Positions 25,271-38,554 of a DNA stretch of 64,000 nt are shown piece by piece. The stretch spans positions 8,990,001-9,054,000 of the forward strand of contig OZ024753.1 in assembly GCA_964016885.1 (NCBI GenBank), written 5' to 3'. This stretch comes from Eledone cirrhosa (taxonomy: Eukaryota). Each line of letters begins with the position of its first letter. The stretch's first letter is position 1. A program made the translations under genes and the position numbers. The notes below the pieces were generated by a model. That model was not told the origin of the DNA. It ran no database searches and saw nothing but the letters and a program-made list of their open reading frames with translations.

Positions 25271-26547
25271 TGTAGACGTGATATATCTTGACTTTGCGAA
25301 GGCCTTTGACAAGGTCGACCACGGAATGATATGTCACAAACTACACGGACTCGGCATAACTGGAAAAGTAGGTGAGTGGCTGCATGGCTTCCTAAGGGAC
25401 AGAAGCCAGGCAGTCGCAGCAAATGGGGCCCTCTCGAGGGAAACACCGATAACAAGTGGGGTGCCTCAGGGGACAGTCCTGGGACCACTACTGTTTTTGG
25501 TGGCTCTCTCGGACATGCCCTCCGTGGTGCATGCAACAACATCCCTCACTAGCTATGCTGATGACACTAAGGTAGCACAGGCAATCAAAAACCCGGCTGA
25601 CGCTGCCCTCTTACAGCAGGATCTGGATGCCATATACAGATGGGCGGAAGAAAACAACATGCAGTTTAATGCTGGCAAATTCCAAGCCCTACAATACAAA
25701 CCTGCAAACACAAACACAAATATAGCGGAACACAGCTACACAGGACCAGGAGGGACCGATATCCCCGTGTCAAAATCGATACGAGACCTGGGCATAGACA
25801 TGAGCGATGATGCATCTTTTTCTTCACACATCATGAAGGTGGCGACAGCATGTAGACGATTCGCTGGCTGGATCTTGAGGACTTTCCTTACAAGAGATCG
25901 AGACACCATGTTGACACTGTGGAGGACTTTTGTCCTAAGCCGCCTGGACTACTGCTCCCAGCTGTGGTCACCCCATAGTGTCAAACTAACCACGGAGCTT
26001 GAGGCAATCCAGCGAAGCTACACCAAGAGGATTGCCAAGATGAGGGAGACAAGCTACTGGGAGAGGCTGAAGGAACTGAACCTCTACTCCTTGGAGCGAA
26101 GACGGGAGAGATACGCAGTGATCTACATGTGGAAAATCCTGGAGGGACTAGCACCAAACTTTGGCATTGGGAGCTGGACCAACCGTCGAACAGGACGTCA
26201 CTGTGTGGTGCCAAAGGTCCCGTCTTCCACATCTAGAATAAGGAGCAGGTATTGCAATAGCCTGGGATTCAAGGGCCCTCAACTCTTCAACAGGCTGCCG
26301 AGGCATCTGCGAGACTTGCATGACGTGGAGGTGGATGTCTTTAAGAAACATCTCGACACCTTGTTATCCAGGATCCCGGATGAGCCCACAGCAAGACACG
26401 AGGGAAACCTAAGGGCAGCAGCAACAAACTCCCTCCTACACCAGTGGCCAACCTATACAGGCTGGAGATAAAATGTGTAGCAACAAGGGCGGTGCCCCAG
26501 CATGGCCTCAGCCGGATGGCTGAAACAGGTAAAAGAGTAAAAGAGTA

Positions 26548-26548
<1 letters not shown>
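25271..26548 (+). mobile_element. CR1-group LINE, 5'-truncated, uninterrupted RT ORF remnant (about 400 aa) plus 3' UTR
   Basis: [62 protein letters not shown]; stop 26471; tail (GTAAAAGA)2; (TA)n flanks. Confidence 0.95.
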
Positions 26549-26623
<75 letters not shown>

Positions 26624-27134
26624 CTACTTACGAATGTATATAAATGTGCTTGTATATATTTATATATACACACACCTACTTAAGAATGTATATAGGTATA
26701 TATATATATGTGTGTCAATATACACATATATATATGTGAGTGCTTATGTATCTGTATGAGTATTTATCTGTATTGTGCCATATGCTACATGCAAGATTTT
26801 AGACATTCAACCATATTTGTCCATTCACATTTCTGCTGTCTTAAATTATAAGACACATTTAACCTGAATAAGAAATCAATTCACTGTATCCCATTTTCTG
26901 TTCTGTTGGACTTAGCAATTTTATTTCTCTCAACCAATGTCACACTGAAAAGGAAGTTTACCTTCAAGAACATATGTGTAACATTTTTTTTCTATCTCAC
27001 TGAATTATACATTTGACTTTACAAATGCTAACACATTTATAGGTATTTTCTCCTGCATATTTATTTCATTGGTTTCGTAGTTTGGTCTGAAAGAAGAATC
27101 TGTGTTCTCATTTTTATTATCTTACATAACTGTT

Positions 27135-27325
27135 TAACATTTAAACAGGCTGTATCAGGTCAGAATTCCCTCACCTATTTCTGTACAAACCAGCTGTATC
27201 TGGCCAGAATTCTCTCACCTCTTTCTGTACAAACCGGCTGTATCCAGCCAGAATTCCCTCACCTATTTCTGTACAAGCCAGTTGTATCCGACCAGAATTC
27301 TCTCACCTCTTTCAGTACAAACCAG
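27135..27325 (+). repeat. 44-bp unit x4 derived from MITE family 1 subterminal sequence
   Basis: CTGTATC.GGCCAGAATTCTCTCACCTCTTTCTGTACAAACC repeated at 27150, 27194, 27238, 27282. Confidence 0.8.
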
Positions 27326-27565
27326 CCCAAGAGCTAGTTTGGAACTAGCTGTTGAAGCAGCAAGACCTCAGCTCTTTCAGTTGGTGTTAGGAAGGGCATC
27401 CAGCCATAGAACAGCTGCCAGATACAGTCCTATACGAGCATACATGGTTATTCGATCAATCTTGCCATGGTTATTCGATCAAGTGGGACAATTGCCGTCT
27501 AACCCATGCTAGCATGGAAGATAGACGTTAAACGATGATGATGATACTGATATATATATATATGT

Positions 27566-27953
27566 AGGCGCATGACTTAGTGGTTAGAGCATTGGGCTTG
27601 CAATCAAAAGGTTGTGAGTTCAATTCTTGGACTGGGTGATGTGTTGTTTCCTTGAGCAAGACACTTTATTTCACATTACTTCAGTTTACTCAGCTGTAGA
27701 AATGAGATGATAGGGACTGAGGTCCATATCATTCCACTGCAAAGTGGTCATGGAGGAGCCACGGCAAAAAAAAAGCACCCAGCACTTACTGAAAATGCGG
27801 TTGGTGTTAGGAAGGGCATCCAGCTGTAGAAACCAAGCCAGAATCAGTTCCCGTATGAGCAAGACAAGGTCAGCCGACTGGACACTGCCCACAACAGGAC
27901 AACCCTAACGAATGCTAGTGTGGAAGAACGGACGTAAAACAGTGATGATGATG

Positions 27954-27955
<2 letters not shown>
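27566..27955 (+). mobile_element. SINE-B full length (tail-only piece also at 27380-27545)
   Basis: Head, central domain, RTE-type tail, (GAT)n. Confidence 0.85.
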
Positions 27956-27991
<36 letters not shown>

Positions 27992-28891
27992 ATATATAAC
28001 TTTTTTGATTCTGCCAACAAAGTAGCAGACATAAAATACATAAGCGTTACAGAGTAAAAGCTAAATTATACGGTACCAAAAAGATTGTCAGTATTAATGA
28101 GATTTGGAGATAAGACGTATCCCAAATCTAATGAATTTATATTTTACACCAAACTGAATTCAGTTAGCTTAAATGTTTTGTTCCTTTGTTATCATGGTAG
28201 GGAGGATTCACAACTGTAGGCATCTACACATTATGTTGTTTGATAGCTATTGACAACTGAACAGACACATAGTAAAAATTATGAAGAAATAATCATAGAA
28301 TGTCTATCAATAGGTGATGGAGCTGGAAAGACTTTTGACAAACTATATCATACATATACATAGTCTTTATATCATACATATACACACTCTTTATATCACA
28401 CACATATACACTCGAAATATCACACACATACACATACATGTACGTATGCAGACACAGATATACTAACATAGGCAGACATACACATATACAGATATACTGA
28501 CATATACTCACACACACATACTGACACAGACACATACGCTCACACATACTCACACGCACATACACTCACATACACACACACACACTCACACGCACATCCC
28601 TTCAGACATACATCCATACAGACATATATCCATACATGCACACACACACACACACACATCCATACACACACTTATACTCACACAGACACACACACAGACT
28701 CACACACACACATACAGACTCACACATCCATAGAGACACACTTACTAGTCCTCTCAGTTATATATTTCAGGAAATCAGTCCTTCAAGATTCTGAATCTAT
28801 TAATGATTTGATTATGAGCTCAAACTTTACATTTCCACACTTATTGTTATATTTGATATGACTCTAACACTTACCTAGGTTTAGCTGGCTT

Positions 28892-29515
28892 CCTAGGAGA
28901 TTTCACCTCCTAGGAGATTTCACCTCCTAAGAGATTTCACCTCCTAGGAGATTTCACCTCCTAAGAGATTTCACCTCCTAGGAGATTTCACCTCCTAGAT
29001 TTCACCTCCTAGGAGATTTCACCTCCTAGGAGATTTCATTTCATAGGAGATTTCACTTCATAGGAGATTTCACCTCCTAGGAGATTTCACCCCCTAAGAG
29101 ATTTCACCTCCTAAGAGATTTCACTTCATAGGAGATTTCACCCTCTAGGAGATTTCACCCCCTAAGAGATTTCACTTCATAGGAGATTTCACTTCATAGG
29201 AGATTTCACCTCCTAGGAGATTTCACCTCCTAAGAGATTTCACCTCCTAAGAGATTTCACCTCCTAAGAGATTTCACTTCATAGGAGATTTCACCTCCTA
29301 GGAGATTTCACCTCCTAAGAGATTTCACCTCCTAGGAGATTTCACTTCATAGGAGATTTCACCTCCTAAGAGATTTCACCTCCTAGGAGATTTCACTTCA
29401 TAGGAGATTTCACCTCCGAGGAGATTCCATCTCAGAGGAGATTTCACCTCCTAAGAGATTCTATCTCATAGGAGATTTCACCTCCTAAGAGATTCCATCT
29501 CATTGGAGATTTCTA
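28892..29515. repeat. 17-bp minisatellite, about 36 copies
   Basis: Unit AGGAGATTTCACCTCCT with variants. Confidence 0.95.
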
Positions 29516-29847
29516 GGATATTGTTTAATGCTAGGGCCTGCAGACCAATTATATCACAGTTTTCTTGTGAGAGGAGGAAGGATTTGAACTGAGAATATTC
29601 AGATTTGGCACAGATCAGATACTGCATGGTATCCTGTTTGACATTTAAATAATCTTGCCAACTCACAACCTTGCTCCAGTATACTCAGCTGAAAATGAGT
29701 ACCAGTAACAGCTGGGGGTTTAAACCCTGCGAGGATAAGCACTGGCCAAATGAGCCTGCTGGCTAAGATAGACTTTAGATGTATATATATATATATAGGA
29801 ATAATACATATATATATATATATATAGGAAGAATACATATATATATA

Positions 29848-30352
29848 TCATCATCATCATCATCATCATCAGGTTTAGCGTCCGTGTTCCACGCTTGCAT
29901 GGGTTTGGACGGGGGTTTTCCCACTTGAGGCAAGAGTGGTTGTCTTGCTCGCCTAGGACTGTCTGGCGGGTTTTCTACAGCTGGATGTCCTTCCTAACAC
30001 CAACCACATTTACAGTGTGGGGCTGGGAGGTTTTTACCGTGTTGCCTACACGGCCACATTACAGCGTGGACTCTCTGGCGGGTTTTCTACAGCTGGATGC
30101 CCTTCCTAACACCAACCATATTTACAGTGTGTGGCTGGGAGGTTTTTACCGTGTTGCCTACACGGCCACATTTACAGCGTGGACTGTGTGTTTTTTTGTC
30201 GTGACACCTACACGATCTCATTTGTTTCGGCCTGGATGTTGTGGCACCAACATAACTTTACATTGAAAGGGGCGGTGTGGATGGGGTGGAGGGTGGTGGG
30301 ACGGGGGTGTGTTTTGATAGAGATGCCTACTGACTGTAGTAGGTTTTTACTT
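29848..30352 (-). mobile_element. RTE 3' UTR, 5'-truncated copy with internal duplication
   Basis: Near-identical to 53218-53605, which directly follows the RTE ORF stop. Confidence 0.85.
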
Positions 30353-30449
30353 TATATATATATAAACTAGCATTTACTCTAATTAATATATATATATAAC
30401 AGAGTGCTGTAGTTTGCTTGAAGCATTGTTGAATAGGATGTATAAATTC

Positions 30450-30738
30450 AAATAATTTTAAAGCTCTACAATGCATTAGAAAATTAAAGGTGCCAAGATA
30501 ACAATAGAATTTTACCTTAGCAAATTTAATTATCCCAAATATTTTCGGGTTTAAAAACCTTCCTAACAACAACTCAACTCTGATCGATCCTTTAAGCCCT
30601 TCACAGGGATACTTACTTGATAATGGGTTTTTAAACCCCAAAATATTTGGGATAATTAAATTTGCTAAGGTAAAATTGTATTGTTGTTATTTTGACACCT
30701 TTAATTTTCTAATGCATTGTATGGCTTTTAAAATTATA
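30450..30738. repeat. inverted repeat, about 110-bp arms with about 65-bp spacer, inside (TA)n-bounded element
   Basis: ACAATGCATTAGAAAATTAAAGGTG...TTTAAAAACC mirrored at 30626-30738. Confidence 0.8.
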
Positions 30739-31030
30739 TATATATATATATCATTTTTTCTTCTAACTTCGATTTTGTAGCTAATTACGTGTAGTTAACT
30801 ATATGTCTAGTCAATTTCTACAGGCTAGTAGAAATATTAGGTAAATATTTTGTAGTTATAAGTCGCAGATAAGAAGCTATATCATTTATCTATTATTTCT
30901 TCATAAGTATATTTTAAACTTATAACCTCGTTTAAATGATTTTTTTGTGTGGTTGATTTATACAGATTGGGAGAAGAAATACTGTATATATTTTATCTAA
31001 TGATTCTTTGGACTTACTTTTTTATATATA

Positions 31031-31222
31031 TATTTAATATAGAAATGGCTTCTACAGGACTAGCACTGTTTCATTCGGGAGAAATCATCAAGGCTTTGCT
31101 GATGATTTCTTCCGAATGAAACAGTTCTAGTCCTGTGGAAGCCATTTCTATATTAAATAATTATACTCTATGTATTGAGTACCTTACTTACTGTGGTTAC
31201 CCCTGATTGAACCTAGGATAAA
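31031..31222 (+). mobile_element. Penelope-like pLTR remnant as a fold-back palindrome carrying hammerhead core halves
   Basis: 31031-31159 near-perfect palindrome; + arm CTGATGA TTTCTTCCGAAT GAAA CAGTTCTAG TC; related pieces at 4570-4670 and 32014-32064. Confidence 0.6.
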
Positions 31223-32205
31223 CATATATATATATCGGTTGGATGATATATATATATATCCCGTCCAACCCATGCTAACATGGAATAATGGGATACATAT
31301 ATAAGTATGTATATAATTATTTTTTGTGAAGATAACAGCACATTCTGTCAAACAAAACATTAAAAAACACACCTTCAGGCAAGGAAAATTTTTACCAAAA
31401 AACTTATGTAATTACATTTTCATTCAATCATTTTACCAATTTACGAGTGTATTAATATATCTGTTAAGACAACTCATTATATTTTCCTTGTGATTTTGAT
31501 TACAATTTGCAGATAACCTATGTATTATAATTGCTCCAATCTGTCTAAAAACTGATCAGCTGACAGAAAACCTATATACCACATATAATTAAAAAAGATT
31601 TATCTTCTGCAAAGTTTCTATAGTAAGCTTTTAAATCATAATTGTTTGCTAATATGGAAAATTTAAACATGCAAAGCTTTATCATATAACAGAATTTTTT
31701 TATCAAGTAAGAATACAAAGCTAATAATTTCTAATCAGAATGTGGAAAATAAAAATAATTATAGAGTTGTTATATATAATTGACTTTCAACAAGGAATGA
31801 AGTAGCCTAGAGAATTACAGAATTCAGATATGGTGGCTTTTCTTATATTCAGGGGAATACATTTAAGCAATAACGAATGTAAATGATTTTCTGAAAAACA
31901 TTTATTTATTCTGAAAAAATGTTCATGGTTTCGAATTTTACAGGTTTTTCCTTGTTTTTATTTTTAGCTGTTTTTCTTTCTTTTTTTAACTTTCTTTTTA
32001 TTACTGAAATACTGAAATGACTTCTACAAGACTAGAACTGTTTCATTCGTTTTGAAATCATCAGGATGTCAGATAAAGTTGATCTGATTCTTTATTTGTA
32101 GATAAGGTATAAAAAGGAAGAAGAAGAAGAGGAAGGATCATTAGAAGGTGGGGGGGGGGTCTTTGATCATTTTTTTTTTTTTATTAGGATTGAATTCTGG
32201 TTTAA

Positions 32206-32421
32206 CCCTTTAGCATTTAAACCGGCCTTATCCAGCCAGAATTCTCTCACCTCTTTCAGTTCAAACCGGCCATAACTGGCCACTCATACTGATGTTAAGA
32301 TATTGTTCTCAAACTGAATAATATCAAAATCTCATAGTTTCGATATTATATGAGATAATTATGTGAAATAAAGCCTTTATCGTGAAAATATAATATATAG
32401 AGTAAAGTAAATGCTAAAGGG
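32206..32421 (+). mobile_element. piggyBac-like MITE family 1, best-preserved copy
   Basis: Perfect 14-bp TIR CCCTTTAGCATTTA and TTAA on both sides. Confidence 0.9.
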
Positions 32422-32475
32422 TTAATGTATGAGTAGGGTGGCAGTCTGCATGTGAAAGGGTTGATAATGCTGACA

Positions 32476-32517
<42 letters not shown>

Positions 32518-32535
32518 CACACATGCATACACAAG

Positions 32536-32567
<32 letters not shown>

Positions 32568-33049
32568 ACCGTATAAGTAAATACTAAGTGCAGGATGTTA
32601 TGTTTTATTTGAAAGTAGTTCCCTTTGAAAACAGTCAAAATGTTCAACAAATGCTTCTTTCTAAGAACTGACAAGTACTTTATATATATCCAGAAAGAGG
32701 AAAAGCAAACCTGGGATTTGAACAAAGTGCCAGAATAAATAATTGTTTCTACTTTTGACACAAGGCCAGTAATTACCCCAGTGCATTACTGGTACTATTT
32801 TTATCGACCTCATAAGGATGAAAGGCAAAGTTAACCTTGGCGGGATTTGAACTCAGAACTTAAAGGGCCATAACTATGCTACAAAGAATGGTGTCTGGTG
32901 CTCCACCGATACTGCCAGAATAAATAACACGACCCATATTGGTCAATGTTCTGATAATCTTGCCAATTTGCAACACGAACAACCAGAATGAGGAAAAGCA
33001 AACGACAGATTTGAACTCAAATTGCAAAGTGCCAGAATAAATAGCACAA

Positions 33050-33303
33050 GGTATATATGGTACAGGCACGTGACAAGATCTTCAGGGCTTGCCAAGACTG
33101 TCCTACGGGGGACAGTACAATGTGGAAGGAAGAGAGGCAGACCGCGAAAGAGATGGGAAGACATCATCCCGGAATCGACTGGCATGAGGCTGGGTGTAAC
33201 CATGAGGATGGTGGAGAGGTGAGAGGAATGGAAGGAGATGGTTACCAGGTCATCTGTGGTGCCCCAACAGTCCACCAGACTACAGGACAGATAAGATAAG
33301 ATA
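33050..33303 (+). pseudogene. RTE (BovB-like) 3' fragment
   Basis: WYRHVTRSSGLAKTVLRGTVQCGRKRGRPRKRWEDII; (GATAA)n tail. Confidence 0.85.
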
Positions 33304-33380
33304 TTGCCAACTTTCTGATATTCCTGCCAATTTGCCCCACAAAGAACCACTTCATGTTTCCAGTAAAAGAATACATAACG

Positions 33381-33722
33381 GAGGCATATGGCTTAGTGGT
33401 TAGAGCATTGGCCTTGCAATCGAAAGGTTGTGAGTTCATTTCTCAAACCGAGTGATGTGTTGTTTCCTTGAGCAAGACACTTTATTTCACATTGCTCCAG
33501 TTTACTCAGCTGTAGAAATGAGATGATAGGACTGGGGTCCATATCATTCCACTGTAAAGTGGTCGTGGAGGTGCCACGGCAAAAAAAGCACCCAGCACTC
33601 ACTGTAAATGAGGTTGGTGTTAGGAAGGGCATCCAGCTGTAGAAATCAAGCCAGAATCAGTTCCCGTCCCACCCTTGCAAGCAGGGAAAAGCAGACGTAA
33701 AATGATGATGATGATGATGATG
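33381..33722 (+). mobile_element. SINE-B full length
   Basis: Head to (ATG)n tail. Confidence 0.9.
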
Positions 33723-34958
33723 AACCAGCAAAGTTGCAGCTGATAGCCTGACATCTTATCAACTCAACAATCTCCATATTTTAACTATGATAATATAGAC
33801 AGAAGGAGATAAAAGAAGAAGAAGAAGAAAAAAGAAGAAACTGATTGTAGAATTTTATAGAAGCTTCCAGAACGTATATATTTGCCATCATTGTCTTGAC
33901 ATACGTTATTATTCTATATGATCAATAAACAGTTACTATAACTTCCGATAATCTGACAGAGAGAGAGAGAGTGAGAGCAGGAGTGAGAGAGGGGGAAGAG
34001 AACGAGAGATAGAGTGAGAGGGGAGAAAGAGAGAGAGCAAGAGAGAGAGAGAGAGATGGGGAGTGCAAGAGTGAGAGAAAGAGACCAAGAGATAGAACAA
34101 AAGAGAGAGAGAGAGAGAGAGAGAGAGCAAGAATGAGATAGAAAGGGGGAGATAGATGGGGAGAGCAAGAGAAAGAGAGAGTGAGAGAGAAAGGGGGTGA
34201 AGATGGGGAGTGCAAGAGTGACATAGATAGATAGAGAAAGAGAAAGAAAGAGAGAAAGAGAAATAAAGTATTGAAATATTCTGGCAAGTCAAAATATTTA
34301 TTGCCAGGACTGGCTTAGTTTGAAGTACAAAGGTAGAAATTATGGTCAAACGAGTTACAGAGAAATCAATTGAAGTTACCTGTCTTACTTCATAATAAAG
34401 ATTTTACTCAATACATAAAAATAGTTGAAAATACACAATATATATCTAGTATAAAGTATTTTATCTTAGTTGATGGCCACATATTGGGCAGCAGTTGCAT
34501 TGGAAGCAGATAGACAACTGTAGTACTTGATAGTTGTAAAAACTCAGAATTAAAAAGAATAACTGTCAGTACAGGTAAGAGATGTACTGTGATTACAGGT
34601 AAGAGATGAACTGTGATTACAGGTAAGAGATGAAGGAATATACAGTGGAACAACAATTGAAGAAATTAGCCTTTACTGCGAAAATACAATAGTAGCTATA
34701 GAGTTATGTGAATGCTAAAGGGTTAAGCTAAGCAAGTAGCAAAAGTTTGTAACTAAGAGTTAACTCTTTAGCATTTAAACCAGCCTATCCAGCTAGAATT
34801 CTTTCACTTCTTTCTGTTCAAACTGGCTGTAACTGGCCACTCATACTGATGTTAAGGTATTGTTCTTAAAATATATACTACCAAAATCTCATAAATTCAA
34901 TTTTTTTTTAGATATTTATGAGATAAAGTGTTTACCATGAAAATACAATAGTATACAT

Positions 34959-37478
34959 CATTGTTTCCCAAAGTGGACGGTACCGACCCCCTGGGGGGCG
35001 GTGCTTTGATATCGTTGGGCGGTTGGGGGGCGACAGTGTAGTATTAAAAAAAAGAAAAATACAAACTATTTATTGTTTAAATTTTAAACAATAAATAGCT
35101 TGTTTTTTTTCTTTTTTTTACAAATATATTGCATATGTATATTAAGCATTTATATAGACATCTATAATAAAGACATATAGACATCTATAATAAAGACATA
35201 TAGACATCTATAATAAAGACATATAGACATCTATAATAAAGACATATAGACATCTATAATAAAGACATAGACATCTATAATATAGACATATAGACATCTA
35301 TAATATAGACATATAAACATCTATAATAAAGACATATAGACATCTGTAATAAAGACATATAGACAGCTATAATAAAGACATATAAACATCTATAATAAAG
35401 ACAGACAGACATCTATAATAAAGACATATAGACATCTATAATATAGACATATAGACATCTATAATAAACACATATAGACATCTATAATAAAGACATATAG
35501 ACATCTATAATAAAGACATATAAACATCTATAATAAAGACAGACAGACATCTATAATAAAGACATATAGACATCTATAATAAAGACATATAGACATCTAT
35601 AATAAAGACATATAGACATCTATAATAAAGACATCTAGACATCTATAATATAGACATCTAGACATCTATAATAAAGACATATAGACATCTATAATAAAGA
35701 CATATAGACATCTATAATAAAGACATCTAGACATCTATAATAAAGACATCTAGAGCTCTATAATAAACACATATAGACATCTATAATAAAGACATATAGA
35801 CATCTATAATAAAGACATATAGACATCTATAATAAAGACATATAGACATCTATAATAAAGACATCTAGACATCTATAATAAAGACATATAGACATCTATA
35901 ATAAAGACATCTATAATAAAGACATATAAACATCTATAATATAGACATGTATAATAAAGACATATAGACATCTATAATAAAGACATATAGACATCTATAA
36001 TAAAGACATATAGACATCTATAATATAGACATATAGACATCTATAATAAAGACATATAGACATCTATAATATAGACATATAGACATGTATAATAAAGACA
36101 TATAGACATCTATAATAAAGACATATAGACATCTATAATAAAGACATATAGACATCTATAATAAAGACATATAGACATCTATAATAAAGACATATAGACA
36201 TCTATAATATAGACATCTAGACATCTATAATAAACACATATAGACATCTATAATAAACACATATAGACATCTATAATAAACACATATAGACATCTATAAT
36301 AAACACATATAGACATCTATAATAAACACATATAGACATCTATAATAAACACATATAGACATCTATAATAAACACATATAGAGCTCTATAATAAACACAT
36401 ATAGACATCTATAATAAACACATATAGACATCTATAATAAACACATATAGACATCTATAATAAACACATATAGACATCTATAATAAAGACATCTAGACAT
36501 CTATAATAAAGACATATAAACATCTATAATAAACACATATAGACATCTATAATAAAGACATATAGAGCTCTATAATAAACACATATAGACATCTATAATA
36601 AAGACATCTAGACATCTATAATAAAGACATATAGACATCTATAATAAAGACATATAGACATCTATAATAAAGACATCTAGACATCTATAATAAAGACATA
36701 TAGACATCTATAATAAAGACATCAAGAGCTCTATAATAAACACATATAGACATCTATAATAAACACATATAGACATCTATAATAAAGACATATAGACATC
36801 TATAATAAAGACATATAGACATCTATAATAAAGACATATAGACATCTATAATAAACACATATAGACATGTATAATAAAGACATATAGACATCTATAATAA
36901 AGACATATAGACATCTATAATAAAGACATCTAGACATCTATAATAAAGACATCTAGAGCTCTATAATAAACACATATAGACATCTATAATAAACACATAT
37001 AGACATCTATAATAAACACATATAGACATCTATAATAAAGACATATAGACATCTATAATAAAGACATATAGAGCTCTATAATAAACACATATAGACATCT
37101 ATAATAAACACATATAGAGCTCTATAATAAACACATATAGACATCTATAATAAAGACATATAGACATCTATAATAAAGACATATAGACATCTATAATAAA
37201 GACATCTAGACATCTATAATAAAGACATCTATGAGATTGTGTAGATTCTAGACAATCTCATAGATGTCTTTATTCTTATTGGCAAAATCACATTCTTTTT
37301 ACATCTATGTTACTAATGATAAACTAACATCATCACCATCATTGTTTAATGTCCACTTTCTCTGCTAGTAAGGTTTGAATGTGTCATCACAGACTGAGGG
37401 TGGGTTGGGGAGACGGCGCTGAGGGTATTATGTGGCTATGAGGGGGTGGGGGGTGGGACAAAAGTTTGAGAACCTCTG
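34959..37478. mobile_element. non-autonomous hAT (Charlie-like) element
   Basis: Ends CATTGTTTCCCAAAGT / AGTTTGAGAACCTCTG; 8-bp TSD GTATACAT / GTATATCT. Confidence 0.75.
35155..37231. repeat. 23-bp satellite, about 90 copies, inside the hAT element
   Basis: Unit AGACATCTATAATAAAGACATAT. Confidence 0.95.
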
Positions 37479-37884
37479 GTATATCTAGAGTAATGTAAAC
37501 GGTAAAGGGTTAAAGTTGACATCATCCTTGTCATCATCATCATCGTCATCACTATTGCTGTGATTGGTATTTTCATCACCACCAGGGCGGTGTATTGGTA
37601 GTATCGGTGGAGCATCGGATGCCAAGCTTTGCAACATAGAGTTACATTCTGAGTTCAAATCCCACTGAGGTTAGCTTTGCTTTTCACCCTTACGGGGTCA
37701 TTAAAATCAAGCACCAATAATGTACTGGGATTAATTTAATCGACTTCCCCCCCCCTCCCTCCCCAAAATTGCTGGCCTTGTGCCTATAGTAAAAATCATT
37801 ATTTGTATTTACTGAAGGGTGGAGAGAGCGTTGGGTAAGATGCATAGCCGTATATAGTTACGTCCCTATATGTAAGTATTTGTA

Positions 37885-38015
37885 TAATAATCATTTGAAG
37901 CAGGTATTCTTCTCACGGTTGCCTCCAAATGTACAGGCCATTCTCACCCCTATGATGGAGGTCTGTAATGTTGATCAGTTGGCTTCTTCAGCTGATAACA
38001 TTCTGGAATATTCAA
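37885..38015 (+). pseudogene. Ty3/Gypsy gag remnant
   Basis: LKQVFFSRLPPNVQAIL...VDQLASSADNILE matches the LxxxFLxRLPxxVQxIL...LAxxADxI gag pattern. Confidence 0.6.
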
Positions 38016-38101
38016 GTGACAGAGTAAATGATAGACTTGCTACAGCTTGTCATCCAGTTGGAACCTACCCGTCCCCTCAATCTATCTTATTTCTCATTCT
38101 T

Positions 38102-38137
38102 TCTTCTGATGAAAGACTAGAGTCCAAAACGTTAAGA
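38102..38137 (+). ncRNA. decayed minimal hammerhead (G12 to A)
   Basis: TCTT CTGATGA AAGACTAGAGTCC AAAA CG TT AAGA. Confidence 0.55.
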
Positions 38138-38410
38138 CCCTCTTCCTGCTATATCAAGCATTAACCTAATATATACCTTCCATATACTGTACCAATTGTG
38201 TTGTTATTTCTGTTTATCTTTTATAATACATACGTATATATATATATATATATATATAAAATTCGTTTTTGAATTGGTTTTGTGAGATTTCTTATCTGAA
38301 AACGTGTGTTGAAACAAATATTGTTATACTTTGCGAGGGTCATGTTGGCAATAAAAACACACGCACCTGTTGGTTGATTGGTTCAATAACTGGAAAGTTG
38401 TTTAGATATT

Positions 38411-38453
38411 GTCAAAGCTCTTTTGTCATACATTCTATAACCTCTTCAGTGAC
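38411..38453 (-). ncRNA. decayed minimal hammerhead (G12 to A) in Penelope-like pLTR
   Basis: Minus: GTCA CTGAAGA G GTTATA loop TATGAC AAAA GAGC TT TGAC; downstream ATGACCCTC..AAGTATAACAATAT also seen at 50521-50545. Confidence 0.55.
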
Positions 38454-38518
38454 TAGGATTTTATTTTGTGTGTCTTTCCTTTGTTGTGTCCTACACCATC
38501 TTGTTTTTGTGTATGTGC

Positions 38519-38554
<36 letters not shown>

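Larger units (their letters stand above)
34764..37509 (+). mobile_element. piggyBac-like MITE family 1 interrupted by a hAT element
   Basis: Left part 34764-34958 and right part 37479-37509 rejoin into the MITE consensus; TTAA on both ends. Confidence 0.8.

Noticed and set aside
25559-25570. CTGATGA in RT (also 7151, 10309, 22308, and TCATCAG at 29866, 53231)
   Set aside because: Part of YADD coding sequence or (GAT)n tails; no stems or GAAA
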